Shown here piece after piece: positions 26,843 through 42,729 of a stretch of 64,000 bases of DNA (its first letter is position 1; each line of letters starts with the position of its first letter). Origin of the DNA: Eledone cirrhosa (lineage: Eukaryota); contig OZ024750.1 in the NCBI GenBank assembly GCA_964016885.1, positions 5,828,001 through 5,892,000 on the forward strand. The letters run 5' to 3'. The notes under the pieces were generated by a model. It was not told the DNA's origin. It saw only the letters and a list, made by a program, of their open reading frames with translations, and made no database searches. The translations under genes and the position numbers were made by a program.

Positions 26843-27988
26843 CAGAATCGGTAGAATATTTAAAAAAAACAAAATACTTTGCTATACGTATTTAATTACG
26901 TGGCCATATTTGTTCTACGTGCAAATTCATTTGAACTTGAAATTACATTACATTCTTTTGAAGTAAATAAATGAATAAGTTAAATAACAGTAATATTCTT
27001 CCTCCATAAATATCCAACCTTGAACCACATTTAGAAATAATTATTAATATGGAATTAGCTGAAGGTAGTGAGAGATTAGGGAAGGTAGAGAATATATTGC
27101 AATAGCTTTTTACGCCATTTGAGTTCCGATTTTTATATTTTGCTCGGGTCAGAATATAAGTAATAAACTTCTTCTTCTCCTCCACCTTCTACTTCCTCTT
27201 CATCCCCTCCTTTTCTTCCTTCTCCCTCTCTTCAACCTCCTCTTCCTTTTCCAACTTTACAATAATAAATAAATAAATACCAGTTAAGTACTGGTTCATA
27301 TAATTGACTATCTCCTTCTTCGCCCACTTATTCCTGCGTGGGTCGTGGGGTCAGAGTCCTCAGACAGGGCTAAACCACTAGCTATGTGTCTAGCTGTATA
27401 AGTCGACCATTGAATATTTGTCTAACATTCTGTGCGTAGTTTTCAATTATTTTGACCAGTAACTTTACATTCTATCGCTTCTTGCTTTTGGTTCCAATGT
27501 AACATCTAAGCAACATCTTTCGTTGTCATTGCTACCTACCTACGTTTGTTCAGGTGATACCATTTTGCTGAACATTTCATCCATATCGATACGTTTCTTG
27601 TCCATATTGATCTCCCAAATTCTTATACTACATCTCTTGGTGTTGGCGCTGCATAGTTTTCCAATAAACATTTACCGGTAAAATCCTTTTAGGAGCCTCT
27701 GTAGTCAAACTTTTCTCTTTAAAGATTCATTCTTGATTTTCATCACGTCGAATTCCTTGAAATTAATCGTTCTTCCATTCCAGGTAGTTGATCCATTCTT
27801 CGTTATGTTATATTTTTCCTTCTCTCTCATACTTTTCGTCTACATTTCTATCATTTTGTTAAGAATTAAGAGCTTGGTTTTCTTTCATGTGTGTTTACCA
27901 CGTATTTTTATTGTTTAATCTCAGAACAGCTCCAAGATCAAAAGTCGTGTTTCGGATCACATTATTCCACATTATTACGATAAGTATA

Positions 27989-28178
27989 AGGGCAGTGAAT
28001 TAGCAGTATCGGTAGAGGGTTGGACGCCATGCTTTCTAGCATAGTTACGTCCCTTTACACTCTGTGTTCAAATTCCGCCGAGGTTAACTTTGCCTTTCAT
28101 CCTTACGGGGTCGATAAAATAAAGTACCAGTAATGCACTGGGTAATTGCTGGCCTTGTGCCAAAAGTAGAAACAATTG
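27989..28178 (+). mobile_element. SINE family A
   Basis: Consensus match; TSD TTACGATAAGTAT. Confidence 0.9.
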
Positions 28179-28660
28179 TTACGATAAGTATTGCCAGAGA
28201 AAGATTTGGTTGACAACGTAAATGTCGTCTTTCGTTTTAGTTATACCATTATTATCATCATTAATCATATCCTCCTCCTCCTCACCATCATCGTCATCAC
28301 CGTCATCACCACCATCATCACCACCACCATCATCGACATCATCGTCATCACCACTATCATCATCATCATCGTTATCATCATCACCACTATCATCATCATC
28401 CTCAATACCACCACCACCACCACCACCACCACCACCACCATCATCATCATCGTCACTACCACCATCATCACCACCATCTAAAACCATGTTATCTAAAACC
28501 ATGTCCATATTCACGAAGCTCTTATATTTTTACATGTGAGACTACACAGAATTATAGAAGCTGTCCATACTGAAAGAAAAAGAACTTAAGCCTATTTTAA
28601 ACGTAACTTTGCTAATATGGACACTTTCCTAACGAAACAAAAGTGCATATAGAAAGGAAC

Positions 28661-28873
28661 AATCGACTTTCGTCAAATCAGACCGAGGAAACAATGTTTC
28701 CATTGGTCTTTCCAGTTGCTAATACTATCTATCGGTCGCAACTGCAGGTAGAAGGAGCAACATGAAATAAAGTGTCTTGCTCAAGGACATAACGCATCGC
28801 TCGGTCCAGGAATCAAACTCACAACCACAAGATTGTGAATCCAATTCTCTAGCCACTCAGCCACACGCCTTCA
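28661..28873 (-). mobile_element. SINE family B
   Basis: Matches 23263 copy. Confidence 0.88.
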
Positions 28874-29249
28874 CAATAGTGCATATAGGCCCCTAATAAT
28901 CTTTTCCTTTTGACTTCTTATGTTTTGTTTTGTCTTAGAAGGTTTAATGGCGGAAAAGGTGTCTTTCGATGTTTTATGAAAAATGATGTCATGTTTAGAA
29001 AAGCCATTCACTGCTGCTGAATGTCAGTTTTTGTTTAAATCTTTTCATATTTTTTCTTGCTCTTGCTGTTGTTGTTTTGTAGTTCATGTTGATATTGCTG
29101 CTGCTGCTGCTACTACTACTACCACTGCCACTATTGCTACTACTACTACCATCACCATTACTACTACTACTATTACTACTACTACCATTACCACTACCAC
29201 CACTACTAGTGCTGCTGTTGTTTTGTAGTTCATGTTGATATTGCTACCA

Positions 29250-29432
29250 TTTGGCAGTATCGGTAGAGGGTCGGACGCCATGCTTTGACGCATAGATTTA
29301 CGGTCTTTGCCATTCTGAGTTCAAATCCCGCCGAGGTTAACTTTGCCTTTCATCCTTACGGGGTCGATAAAATAAAGTACCAGTAATGCACTGGGTAATT
29401 GCTGGCCTTGTGCCAAAAGTAGAAACAATTAT
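29250..29432 (+). mobile_element. SINE family A, tail runs into a CAC/CTA microsatellite
   Basis: Consensus match. Confidence 0.9.
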
Positions 29433-30135
29433 TACTACTACCACCACCACCACCACCACCAATACTACCTTCACCACCACTACCACCACTACCACCACAC
29501 CACCACTAACACCACCACCATTACTACCACTAGTACTACCGCTACCACTACCACACCCACCGCCACTACTACTACCACCACCACTACCACCCCCACCACT
29601 ACTACCACTACTACTACCGCCACCACTACCACACCCACCGCCACTACTACTACCACCCCCACCCCACCATTACTACCACCACCACCACCACTACCACCAC
29701 CACCATTACCACCACCACCACCACCACCACTACTTATTTGTTTAAGTCTATTATTTGTCTAGTGATTTTTATTTTTAGATCGTTTCTTTTCTTCACACAA
29801 TACTCAGAAGTACATCTTCTCTGCACAACTGACAATCGCCATTAACAACTACTTTACTACTTCCGATTACTTATAAGGCTTTTCTTTCCTCTACTGTTGT
29901 TGGTATTATCTATTCGGCTTTCCTTTAACAGACCCTGTTCAACGGGATGTCCGTACCATGAAAAGAACTTGTCAACACTTTTCTATACAGAGGCTCTGAA
30001 ATTCTTTTGCAATATCGGTGCAAAGCTATTAGGATTTCCTTATCGCTCGGAGGTCTAAGGTCGCTTCTATTTTAACTAATGATTTAATACATCTATACAC
30101 ACCTACAGAGACACACACACACACACACGTACACA

Positions 30136-30175
<40 letters not shown>

Positions 30176-30307
30176 TACATACACACCCACATATGCATAT
30201 ATATATACACATACATACACACCCACATATGCATATATATATATATATACACAAATACATACATACACACACAAATATGTTATGCATATATATATACACA
30301 CATGCAT

Positions 30308-30338
<31 letters not shown>

Positions 30339-30503
30339 CACATACACACACACATATATATATACACATACACACACACATATACATATATATACTTGTA
30401 TATATATATGTATATACTTACCTATATGTATATATTTATACATATAGGTTTGTGTGTGCGTACACACACATAAAACACACACACACGGTATATAATATAT
30501 ATA

Positions 30504-30601
30504 CAGGGTGTCCCCAAAACGTATACATACTTTGATTACCTGTACAGGTAATGTTTATTAGAATGCTATTGAAGTGTCTATACATTTTTGAGGACACTCC
30601 G
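30504..30601. mobile_element. 98-bp Tc1/mariner-like MITE
   Basis: TA|CAGGGTGTCCCCAAAA...TTTTGAGGACACTCCG|TA imperfect TIRs. Confidence 0.8.
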
Positions 30602-30797
30602 TATATATATATACGTCTATCATTAATATGTGCTACAGATATTTTAGGTTATTAAAAATAGGTTCTTACTTTCTTGCTAATTAGTTGATAAAATTAGCTG
30701 CTAATTAATGAGTTTCTTTTTACACCTTTTTCTCTGTTTGTGTTTTAATATTTTTGTCGTGGTGCAAGATATGATTAGCCATTAGTCTACATTATAA

Positions 30798-30985
30798 TGG
30801 ATTAGCAGTATCGGTAGAGGGTCGGACGCCATGCTTTGCAGCAAAGAGTTACGACCCTTTATGGTCTGAGTTCAAATCCCGCTAAGGTTAACTTTGCCTT
30901 TCATCCTTACGGAGTCAATAAAATAAAGTACCAGTAATATATTTAGATAATTGCTGCTGGCCTTGTGCCAAAATTATAAAAAATT
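30798..30985 (+). mobile_element. SINE family A
   Basis: Consensus match. Confidence 0.85.
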
Positions 30986-31281
30986 ATAAACCATGCCTCC
31001 TGAAGCTGGTGGTTGCAAAAAACGTTCATGTGTGCTTCTTTCTAAACAACTTCAAGACTCTTAATGTGCAATATTGAGTACTTCATGTAAAATAAAGTTG
31101 ATATTTATTGATTGTCGTTAGAAAAATGAAACAAAAAACCAAAACAAGTAACGTAGTAATTGAGAAATTCGTGGCAAAAACCGCCAGGTATCTTGTAATC
31201 TACTAGTATTAAATAGTATTCTACTAGTATTAAATAGGTTTATTTACAATAGTTTATAACTTTGCCTATTAATCCGTATGG

Positions 31282-31500
31282 TGAGCAAATGGGGTCCCAC
31301 GTGCTGGCCTCCCCACAGCCCCGGCGGACAGAATGGAGAAGGCGTTTTCCAGGAGGATGGTAAGGGAGGTGCTCTAGAAGAGCCATTCCAGCTCGCGAGG
31401 CTCACACTTGCGGCTGGCCGACTCAGCGTCTATGGTGGTGAATATGGAGGTAGCCCGAGGGCCAAGGACACCAGAAGTCTCCAACGTTTCCTCATTTGGT
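31282..31500. repeat. Unclassified GC-rich dispersed repeat; second copy at 57421-57523
   Basis: AGCAAATG.GG.CCCAC..GCTGGCC.CCCCA..GCCCC..CGG.CAGAAT..A.AAGGCGTTT...GGAGGATGGT shared. Confidence 0.7.
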
Positions 31501-32338
31501 GGCCAAAGTACGTTATTTGATAACCTCTTACGCTTGAAAGTCCTGTGTAAAATCTAAGGAAAATCCAGTGTTAGGTAATCTTGAATATCTAAACAGTTAA
31601 TATGTCATCAGTATCCAATTGTAGATTGATAAGCATATGCAGCTGACAAGAATACTAAATAGACAACGGAAACATACGCTGCTATCTTTCGTTCTGTCAC
31701 TCTCTGGTAGTTTATCAAATTCCAGATTTGATTGAGGTATATAGATGACTGAATGTTTATTTTGCAGTTAGCAAAGTTCTCTGTTCATAAAAGACGTATA
31801 GCATCTCGTTTAAATGAGTTTGCGACCGTTAAATCCTCTTGTATCATACCTTACACTTAAATCACAGAAACGAAATGCTGGAATAGAAATCCATTCATAT
31901 CTTTCCAGTATTAGGATACCTGAATCTTATTTAATCATCGAAGAGAAGCCACTTTTGTCTCACTATTCATACCAGCTAAGGAGATTATCGATAATTCAAC
32001 TACCACAGATTTATTTCGTCACAGAGCCACTGTTAAGAAGCCGATTTATTCTCGTCACTTGTCGAAGCCCACAAATTGTTATCAAGAAAGTTAATACAAG
32101 CTTATACTTCTATACATCTTAACTGATGTCTTCGAAGGAACAATATAATTATTTTCTAATATGTTAACCAGCAAAAGACACTGAAGATTCGCAGTCTTCA
32201 TTTCTAATCTACATTCTCGTTCAATGCTTCAATCTACAGGCGAAAAAGTCCCAACTACAGAAGAAAGCAATTATAGATAAAACAACTAGGAGTCGTTTTG
32301 ACAGAGCCATTAGAGCTAGGACAACATACTTTGCATTA

Positions 32339-32965
32339 GGGTGGTGGATTGGCAGTATCGGTAGAGAGTCGGACACCATGCTTTGCAGCATAGAGTTACG
32401 TCCCTTTATCGTCTGACTTCAAATCCCGCCGAGGTTAACATTGCTTTTCATCTTTACGGGGTCGATAAAATAAAGTACCAGTAACGTACTGGGGTCGATT
32501 TAATTGACTTTCTCTTCTCCCAAATTACTGGCATTGTGCCTATACTAGAAATCATTATTACTATTATTATTATTATTATTATTACCATTAGTTAGAGTTG
32601 TGAGCAGTATCGGTAGAGCATCGGACATGATTTGTGGCATAGAGTTACGGCTTTTTACATTCTCAGTTCAAATCCCGAAGGAGGTTGGCTCTGCCTTTCA
32701 TCCTTACGGGGTCGATAAAATAAAGTACCAGTAATGAACTGGGTCGATTTAATCGACTTTCCTCTCCCCAAAAATGATTGGCCTTCTGCCTAAATCAGAA
32801 TGAAGTACCAGTAATGCACTGGGTCAATTTAATCGACTTTCCCCTCCCCCAAAATTACTGGCCTATACTAGAAATAATTATTTGTTTCGGTCACTGTGCC
32901 ATGATTTCAAATTCCCGGTGAAGTCAACAATGTCATCCTTTCGGGGTCGTTAATATAAAGTATCA
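32339..32965 (+). mobile_element. Cluster of three SINE family A copies, one with a duplicated 3' segment
   Basis: Consensus matches at 32339-32560, 32600-32882 and 32900-32965. Confidence 0.85.
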
Positions 32966-34104
32966 GTCCAAGGAGGGGAATTGGTGGCAATGTCAGAGCC
33001 TCGTACAAAAAATGTCTTACAGTATTTCTCTTGGTTATTTACGTTTATTTTCCATCCTGTGTGTTTGTGTAAGTATGGGACGAACCTGAGATCTTGGAAA
33101 AGTACATATTTAACCCATTATTAAACCCATAATTTACTCAATGCTTTTTAATTCAATCTATCTAGAAAGAAAATCTATGTGATTGCTTGCCACCTGCTAG
33201 ACATAGCAGCCAAATCGACATCGAATTACACCCAAAATTCTAAATAAAGGAAGAAGACATTAGATAATTTCGCCAACGATACACTAGATGGGTAAAATGC
33301 CAAAAACAATGGTTCCTTGAGGAATTATGGTTCTTTGAGGAATTATGATAAAACTGAAAGATGTCCAGATCTTTCTCTATGTTGGCTGAAAATAATTGAT
33401 ATTTCACAGTCGTACCTGTCCAGCTCTAATTTAATTATTAATCTGTTTCCGCTCATCATTGAACAAGTTGTCCTAATTAATTGCATTTGTTTTGTTTATT
33501 ACATTATGCTAACATTGACTTAACTATTTGATTATAGTCCAGTATAAATAGACTGACCTGAGGCTAGATACAAACAACAACAACAACGACGACGATGACG
33601 ACGACAACAACAACAACAAAGTGAATATAATTGGCCCTATTTTAACAGATTTTCCATACTACTGCTTCCTAAAAAGAAAGGTCAATATCTGATATTATTT
33701 TGACAAACAGATAATGATGATTTCAAATCATGACTCGTGTCGTGTACTAGAATATTCTTTCCAAAAGGTTAGTTCTTATTATGTGGGAGACTTTCAAAGC
33801 AGACACTTTCACACTGTGATTTGTATTTTTGCTATATTTCATCATATATTTGGCAAATTATCACCGCATTTTCACAACTTTAACACAGTTAACTGACAAG
33901 CTGGCTTCAATTCAACCAACATAATATTAATTTATGAAAAAAATAGAAACTATATTTTCCAAATTTACTGAATATCTTCCAGTCTCTCTACACTGAAAAT
34001 AAGAAAAGCTGAATTGTAAAATTGTGAATCAAACGTAAAATCTATGTCAAGCAAAAGGGTGTGTACATATACGTGTTTAATTATAAAAGTATGAAAATTT
34101 GACA

Positions 34105-34207
34105 CCAATATTACACTCTGTTTAGTACAACTCGAAAGTTCATACTAGAGACTACGCATCGAGTGCTCACTTTGGTGAACCAACTGTAACTTGACGTTAC
34201 AAATCCC

Positions 34208-34211
<4 letters not shown>
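34105..34211 (+). mobile_element. 3'-end fragment of the 62233-62493 family
   Basis: TACACTCTGT.TAG...CATCGAGTGCTCAC...GTGAACC...GTAACT..CGTTACA is shared with 62396-62484; ends in TA tract. Confidence 0.65.
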
Positions 34212-34253
<42 letters not shown>

Positions 34254-34380
34254 AAACACCATGTAAATATAGGGGAATCTACTAATTATTCCAATTAAAG
34301 GATTTATCATTGTAATTCAAGCTGGTTTCACGCCATCTTTGTCAAATGGCCGTCACATTTACTCAACCACACACACACAC

Positions 34381-34430
<50 letters not shown>

Positions 34431-34433
<3 letters not shown>

Positions 34434-34843
34434 TGCTATTTAAATTGTTGGGATACAACAAGCAAATATTTGTATAACTGATATAAAGCACTCAACAAAT
34501 ATTTGGAGTAAAAATACGATATTAACAAATGGAAACTATATTTATAAAACCATATTTATTTCATTATACATATTTCAAGGACACCAAGTTAAATTATGGT
34601 GTGCTTTCATCAGATAAAATATAATATAGATCATTTTTATAAATAAATATTGACATATTATCCGAGAGCTTCCAAAAGCAATGGTTGCATTCTTTAAGGG
34701 TATGTCAATATTTATTTATAAAACTGATCTATATTATATTTTATCTGATGAAAGCACACCATAATTTAACTTGGTGTCCTTGAAATATGTATAATGAAAT
34801 AAATATGGTTTTATAAATATAGTTTCCATTTGTTAATATCGTA
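34431..34843 (-). mobile_element. TA-inserted hammerhead-bearing fold-back element (IR 34515-34657 / 34701-34843)
   Basis: ~143-bp arms with one mismatch seen, 43-nt spacer, TA tracts on both sides; the unique extension 34431-34514 matches 4503-4598. Confidence 0.88.
34737..34801 (+). ncRNA. Type I hammerhead motif (also mirrored on the minus strand in the left IR arm)
   Basis: TATTTTAT-CTGATGA-(AAGCACACCA..TGGTGTCCTT)-GAAA-TATGTA-TA-ATGAAATA: stems I, II and III all pair. Confidence 0.8.
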
Positions 34844-34971
34844 TATATATATATATATATACGATAGCGTGAAATTAATAAACATTCGTTGTACTGCCTC
34901 TCTGTTTTGTTCCTGTTCAAATTTTTCCATTATATATATATATAGATATATATATACATAAATACATATAC

Positions 34972-35112
34972 AGTTGAAATCCTACCGAGGTTAGCTTTGA
35001 CTTTCATTCTTACATCGATAAAATAAAGTACCAGTCACACACTGGAGTCGATTTAATCGACTTTTCCCTGCCCCCAAATTATTAGCCTTGTGCATTAATC
35101 AGAAACCATTAT
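34972..35112 (+). mobile_element. SINE family A, 5'-truncated
   Basis: Consensus match. Confidence 0.8.
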
Positions 35113-36061
35113 TAGATGTGGAAGCACACACATGTTCTATCTTTGTGTATGGAAGCCTTTGTGTAAGTATGGGAAGTTGAGATCTTGGAAAAATACATAT
35201 ATTTAACCCAAACATTACACTGTATTTGGAATATTTAACAACTGTATGTAAACATGAAAGCCAATTATTTATCATGTAGTAATGCGATAAACAGAGTCAA
35301 TAAATTGCCCTTTCATGATAAGAGAAATCCATAAAAAGGTGATCATTGCTATTAACCTCGGATAGAAGGGGAAATAACTTTATGAAGTTAATGCGTTTTA
35401 TAATAGAGATGATAACTTAAACGCTGTGAATTAGCTACAAGAGAAGGAAATACAGAATCGCAGACTTTTGTCACCACTTATTCTGAGTTATTGCATATAT
35501 TGATTTCTTAGTTAGGCACAATACCATATATTTATACAGGAGATTAATGAGATTGTGTGAATTTTATGCTTTTCTCAAGTGAATTACTGACGTGAATCCA
35601 GCCAGGAATCCATATTACATATCCGATATATATTGTATATGACATATAATGCAGAATGACACATATGGTATAAAGAAACTATACATTAGGTATATAGACA
35701 GTGCATGCAGTGTTATTATAAACAGGTATGACGCAAATGTGTATACTTGTTTGACAAATAAACATATTTTTCATATAGTTTTATGGCTTAATACGAGGAG
35801 GATGTGTGAGCCTGTGGTTTCTATTTTTCTTCCTATTTTCTGCGGGACTACAAAAAGTGGTAAGAGGAAGGTATTATAAAAATAATGTTCATGGGTTGTT
35901 CTCAGAACGGAGACCGACCCCCTAGCAACGTGTGTTTAGGCGGAGGTATTAAAATGAGCAATGGATTATACCCTCCGCCTTCAAAGAGGCAGTCTTTCCC
36001 ACACAGTTAAATACACTAGTCACAATTATTTGTTTATTTCAACAGCACCAAAATATATCTC

Positions 36062-36236
36062 TGGCAGTATCGGTAGAGGGTCGGACGCCATGCTTTGGAG
36101 CATAGAGTTACGGCCCTTTATGGTCTGAGTTCAAATTCCGCCGAAGTTAACTTTGCCTTTCATCCTTACGGGGTCGATAAAATAAAGTACCAGTAATACA
36201 CTGGGATAATTGCTGGCCTTGTGCCAAAAGTAGAAA
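36062..36236 (+). mobile_element. SINE family A
   Basis: Consensus match. Confidence 0.9.
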
Positions 36237-36283
36237 TATATATATATTTATAAATACTCACTTGTAGTATGTCACATAACATA

Positions 36284-36500
36284 ATGGTTTCTTATATAGG
36301 CACAAGGCCAGCAAGTTGGGGGACGGGAAAGTCGATTAAATCGACCCTAGTACATTACTGGTACTTTATTTTATCGACCTCGTAAGGATGAAATGCAAAG
36401 TTAACCTCGGTGGGATTTGAACTCAGACCGTAAAGGGCCGTAAATCTATGCTGCAATGCATGGTGTGCGGTGCTCTACCGATTCTGCCAACCCTCCACCT
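36284..36500 (-). mobile_element. SINE family A (long-tail variant)
   Basis: Consensus match, inverted relative to its neighbour. Confidence 0.88.
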
Positions 36501-37354
36501 CAGTGAAATGAAAAATAATGAATATGAATTGACACTAACAACCTTTTATATCCTAGTTCATATAAATAGGGGGCCAGTTAATTTGATCAAATTTATTGAT
36601 CCTTTAGAAATTGGTATCGTATAGTAAGACTGGTAAATCTCTTATTATATGTTTATATTCAAATTAGGACCCTTGCAAAATAACGATTACAGCAATTATA
36701 GAAACCCTGTGGTTTATTCTACATTTTGAATAGGCGACCAAGTGTCTAGATATACTTTGATAGGCATATTGATTTGCACAACCTAAAGACATTTAGAGAT
36801 ATACCAGATCTAGAGAATTTGAAAGCTAATGTCTTCGATCTGTTTTTGACTATTCGGTGTAGAGAAGAAAATTGTAATATTTCATAATGATTTCACAGCA
36901 GGACTGAAAGAACGTTAAGTGCAATCTAAGTATTTCTATTCCTACTTCCGACACCTGTGATATTTAGTGTAAAAAGGCAATACGATGGAGTTGGTGTTGC
37001 TGTCGTTATTTAACTGCCTGTCACAATTCATCAAATAGACCCGTTAAAAGAATTCCAGCTTTGACCGTCTCATTTTTAGAGGTGTCTGTGATTGCATTAT
37101 CTCATTTATTCTTTCTATATTGAAGACACTAATGTGGATTAACCACTTTGATACTAACCAGCCAAAATTACCTCTCGTTCTATGAAACAAAACCAGCTAT
37201 GTTAAAAGTATTCTAATTAAAATTTAAAGCTTCCAGCATAATTTTATATACGAAGCATTTGTTAAATAAATCCCTCAATAATTTCATTAATTAATTAAAA
37301 TAGTATGTTTCATTAAATATATGATCACAAATGGGTTATAGTAGACTTCAATTC

Positions 37355-37438
<84 letters not shown>

Positions 37439-37515
37439 GACTACATGACTTGTTAATACGTCACATGCTTTGGCTAATGGATTTAGGTCTCCATGTATGT
37501 GCGTATGTGTGTGTT

Positions 37516-37562
<47 letters not shown>

Positions 37563-38587
37563 TACTGTTCAATGCGAAAGTGTCACTGGAATGTCTGTAA
37601 TCTTTCACTGAATTAATAGCTTCTGTTATTTTCAGGTATTTCTATATCATTCAATCTCTCCACTATCTAATAATCTGAGTATTTGACAATTTGATGAATG
37701 ATCAAACCTAACAATGTTTTTGAAATTATTTCATTTTATTTATAGTTTAGTGTCAGAGTAAAATATATGTCAACACTAGATCTACGCTATGTATATAACT
37801 CTTTTTGTAGCAAGTTCATTCGTTAATGAGTTAAAAGAAAGACTTCTTAACATTTGGTCTAGTTTCTGATGAAAAAGAATGCTTGTATCTGTGTTAACTG
37901 TCAGTTGTTAAGGTTGAAGCTGAAACTACTATCTCTTACACAATGATATCTCTATAAGAACACTTTAAAGGAATTCTACAAAGCACCAGTGAAAATACTT
38001 CACAGGGAACGATATCACTATCTCACATATAAAGCTGTTTTCCTGTACGTAGCGATCAAGAATATCTAATTAATTTATACACTAGAGTGAAATATAAAAT
38101 AAGCATTGTTTATGACGGGGATTAAATTTGTTAATTTTGCCGTCTTCGCTAGTTTCGCTGCAGCTTCCTGTTTTTAATATCCAGATATTATCTCGAAAAT
38201 AGAAAGTCTATAGCAAGAGGAAAACAAGTAAAGCAGGACACCATTTCAGCTGTCTCGCTCATGAACCTAACAAGTGTATTAGGAAATCAATACAGCAAAC
38301 AAGCGTGGTCTTGTAATTATTATGTTTGCAGATATTGGCTGAGATTTCCTATCAGTATTGGAGCGTTTGGTAGGAATTAGTCAACCGAAAAAAAACAGTA
38401 AGTGAATAAAAAAAAAAGAAGGAGAATAGAATGGTTGTAGGTTTCATGTGAATGTTTACATCCTCGTTCATTTATAGTCACATGCACATACATAAAAACA
38501 TGTATATACACGCTGGATAGAAAGTATACAGAAAAAAGAGGAATGAATTATATATATAAGTATAGATATATACATGTGTGTATATAC

Positions 38588-38639
<52 letters not shown>

Positions 38640-38645
38640 GTATAT

Positions 38646-38680
<35 letters not shown>

Positions 38681-38683
38681 AAA

Positions 38684-38726
<43 letters not shown>

Positions 38727-38755
38727 TGTATATATATATATATATATATATAAAA

Positions 38756-38837
<82 letters not shown>

Positions 38838-40686
38838 CAGAGAAAAAAACAACATACAGTTAAAGAAATAATTATTACCAGTAGTTCTTATTTCATTTTA
38901 TTATTAGTAGAAAAAAAAAACTTGTATTATAGCAACTAGAATCTTTGCCAGATGAAAGAAATAGTAACGTAAACTTATTTATGAAAAAAAAGACAAAATA
39001 GTTTTCTGCAAAACTGTGATAAACTTTACAAAGTCGTACCCATAGCAGAGAAGAGAAGAATTCAATTCTGTGGGCTTCTGTTTCGATTAATAATACAACT
39101 TTCGCCATGTGATGTGTTTAATGTATGTCTGGGACTATTGAAAAAGTGTTCAATTGTAAAATTTGTTAATAGGGATTACTTGTCACTAAACAGGTCATTC
39201 CACTAGCTTCGATTATTCTTATTTTGTACTTCCTTATAAGCAATTTATTCACATTCAATAAATTTCGGTTTGATGAAACGTTTAGAAAGTTCGGCGTGTT
39301 TTGCTAAAGTTTATTGGATACCGTAAGAGAATATTGTATTCAGTAATCAATGATAACAGACCAAGATCAATACTAAATCTACCAGACAGAACTTGGTTTT
39401 CATGTGAACAGAATAGAGATTGAAATGATGGAAATTTTCTTTCAAACTATAATAGCTGTATCAGTATGAGAAGTATATGAGAATATCGTGTGTTAAATAT
39501 AAATAGTAAAACATCTGGGACCGATGAGAAAAATAGAAAGGGGTTGAGAAGGATGGAGGGATGGAGTCGTAGGTCAAATAAGATAATCATTTCAGAGGAA
39601 GTCATTTGGAAAACAAGTCTTCACCATATTTCTTCAATAAGAAGAAAGACTCTTACCTTCATAGAATCTAGAGCAATGGAATTATTGACAAAATGTACGA
39701 AATTATCCAGTATTATAGAAGATTCTTACGATATAAATACTGATATAGGGTAAACTTATGTTGATATAAAAGTTGTTATGGAAAGAACACCGAAGAAGTT
39801 AAACGGATAAACAACAGACCAGGTGACTTAATCGATAGAATATTAAAAAGATGACTTCTTTTCTTTGTCGATATTAGATCAAATACTGATCAGCTGACAG
39901 TCCTGTATGCAACCCCCACACACTTTCTCTATTTTGTCCGCCAGGATCGCAGGGCGGCTAAGGAGGGTAAGTTATATAGAATCCCACAAACAATACTTTT
40001 CATTACCTTCGTGTTAACCAATAAAATGTTCCCAAACTACAAACACGCAATTAGAATACCTGATTGTTGAAACCTAATTATTAATCATATAATATGCATA
40101 TATTATTTGAAGAGCATTAATTTATTAATACATAATTACGTTATCGAATATTTAGCGTAAAGCAATTCAATAACTGAATATTTGCTAGTGTGAAAACATA
40201 ATGGGTGATTGCAATAAAAATAGCCTTTGTTTGCAAGGGCCGTCCTATCTAATATAAAATTCATGAAGTACATTTTGCTAACCCTAAGTGGTTCCTGTAA
40301 ATGTAATTATTAAGCAACAGGAATTCAGTATAGTGAGGCCACGTTGTGAAATAGGTAGTATTTTGTGTATATAGTTGAAAAGAAAAAAAAAACGTGAGTG
40401 GCGAGTGAGGAATGGTCGTTGCTGAAGTTGTTAACGTTTATTTCTTCAACGCAATTGTTTGTCATTTTCAAACTGTAAATTTCTAATTGTTTCGTTAATT
40501 TTATATAAATTTCGAGAACAGGACACATACAAATAAAAGGAAAATTGATAATCTTATTTAAAAAGAAAGGTACGTGATCCACCAGGCTTACATTGTCGTC
40601 TGCTATTAAATCGTCCCAACAGCCCCATCACATTCTATTGTGAATCCGGCGAAATAAACTTCATATGCTTGAAAAATTTAGTAGTA

Positions 40687-41724
<1,038 letters not shown>

Positions 41725-41729
41725 ATATA

Positions 41730-41761
<32 letters not shown>

Positions 41762-41786
41762 TATGCAAAACGTAACGGAAAGTACA

Positions 41787-41850
<64 letters not shown>

Positions 41851-42515
41851 GTGTTTGTGTGCGCGTTTGTTTATAGATGCTTAAATCAATTGAATCATTG
41901 TTCATCGAGCCATTGTCTTTTATATAAAAGCTTGTCAATATAATTTCATATCTAAATATCAGTGATGATATCACAGCATATTATATACATGAGATACGTA
42001 CACAGGCCGAATACACACGTACAGATAGATATATCTAGGAAAGCATATCTATAGATCTATTTACTGAGTGTATGAACAGTTCACATATTCATTTACACGC
42101 TTTTTGATAAAGCTTAGCACACATAATATATTTACATAATATATTTACAGAGTTATGTAAATATGAATTTACATATAGACAATTATTCATGAAAGCCCAC
42201 GAAATTTGCATTACTCTATATTTATTACAACCCACGTTCGATCACGGATAAATAAAACGAGATAGAAGAAGAAGAAGAAGAAAAAGAAGAAGAAAAAGAA
42301 GAAGAAAAAGAAGAAGAAAAAGAAGAAGAAGAAAAAGAAGAAGAAAAGGAAGAAGAAAAAGAAAAAGAAGAAAAAGAAGAAGAAAAAGAAGAAAAAGAAA
42401 AAGAAAAAGAAAAAGAAAAAGAAGAAGAAGAAGAAGCATGGAGTTATATTGACACGCTCACATATATGTTTACGAATATGGAAGCATAATGCATATTTGA
42501 AAATGTTTCAGATGT

Positions 42516-42556
<41 letters not shown>

Positions 42557-42658
42557 GTAGGAGGTGAGTTTTATTGTAGCACAATAAAGCAATGCAAATA
42601 TGTTGATTTAACACTTCACTGCTCGCAAGTGTTTTTTAAGCTTCATATCATGTCTCCC

Positions 42659-42729
42659 TATTTTATCTGATGAGAACGCACATATAATGCCATGATGATA
42701 TTTGTTTTTGAAATGCGCATAATAAAATA
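42659..42729 (+). ncRNA. Type I hammerhead motif
   Basis: TATTTTAT-CTGATGA(42667)...GAAA(42710)-TGCGCA-TA-ATAAAATA; stem III is the palindrome ATGCGCAT; stem II is weak. Confidence 0.72.

Noticed and set aside
27400-27950. Possible decayed non-LTR RT C-terminus on the minus strand (also 39420-39790 plus)
   Set aside because: Only vague motif resemblance with many stops; a tBLASTx against Repbase would decide.
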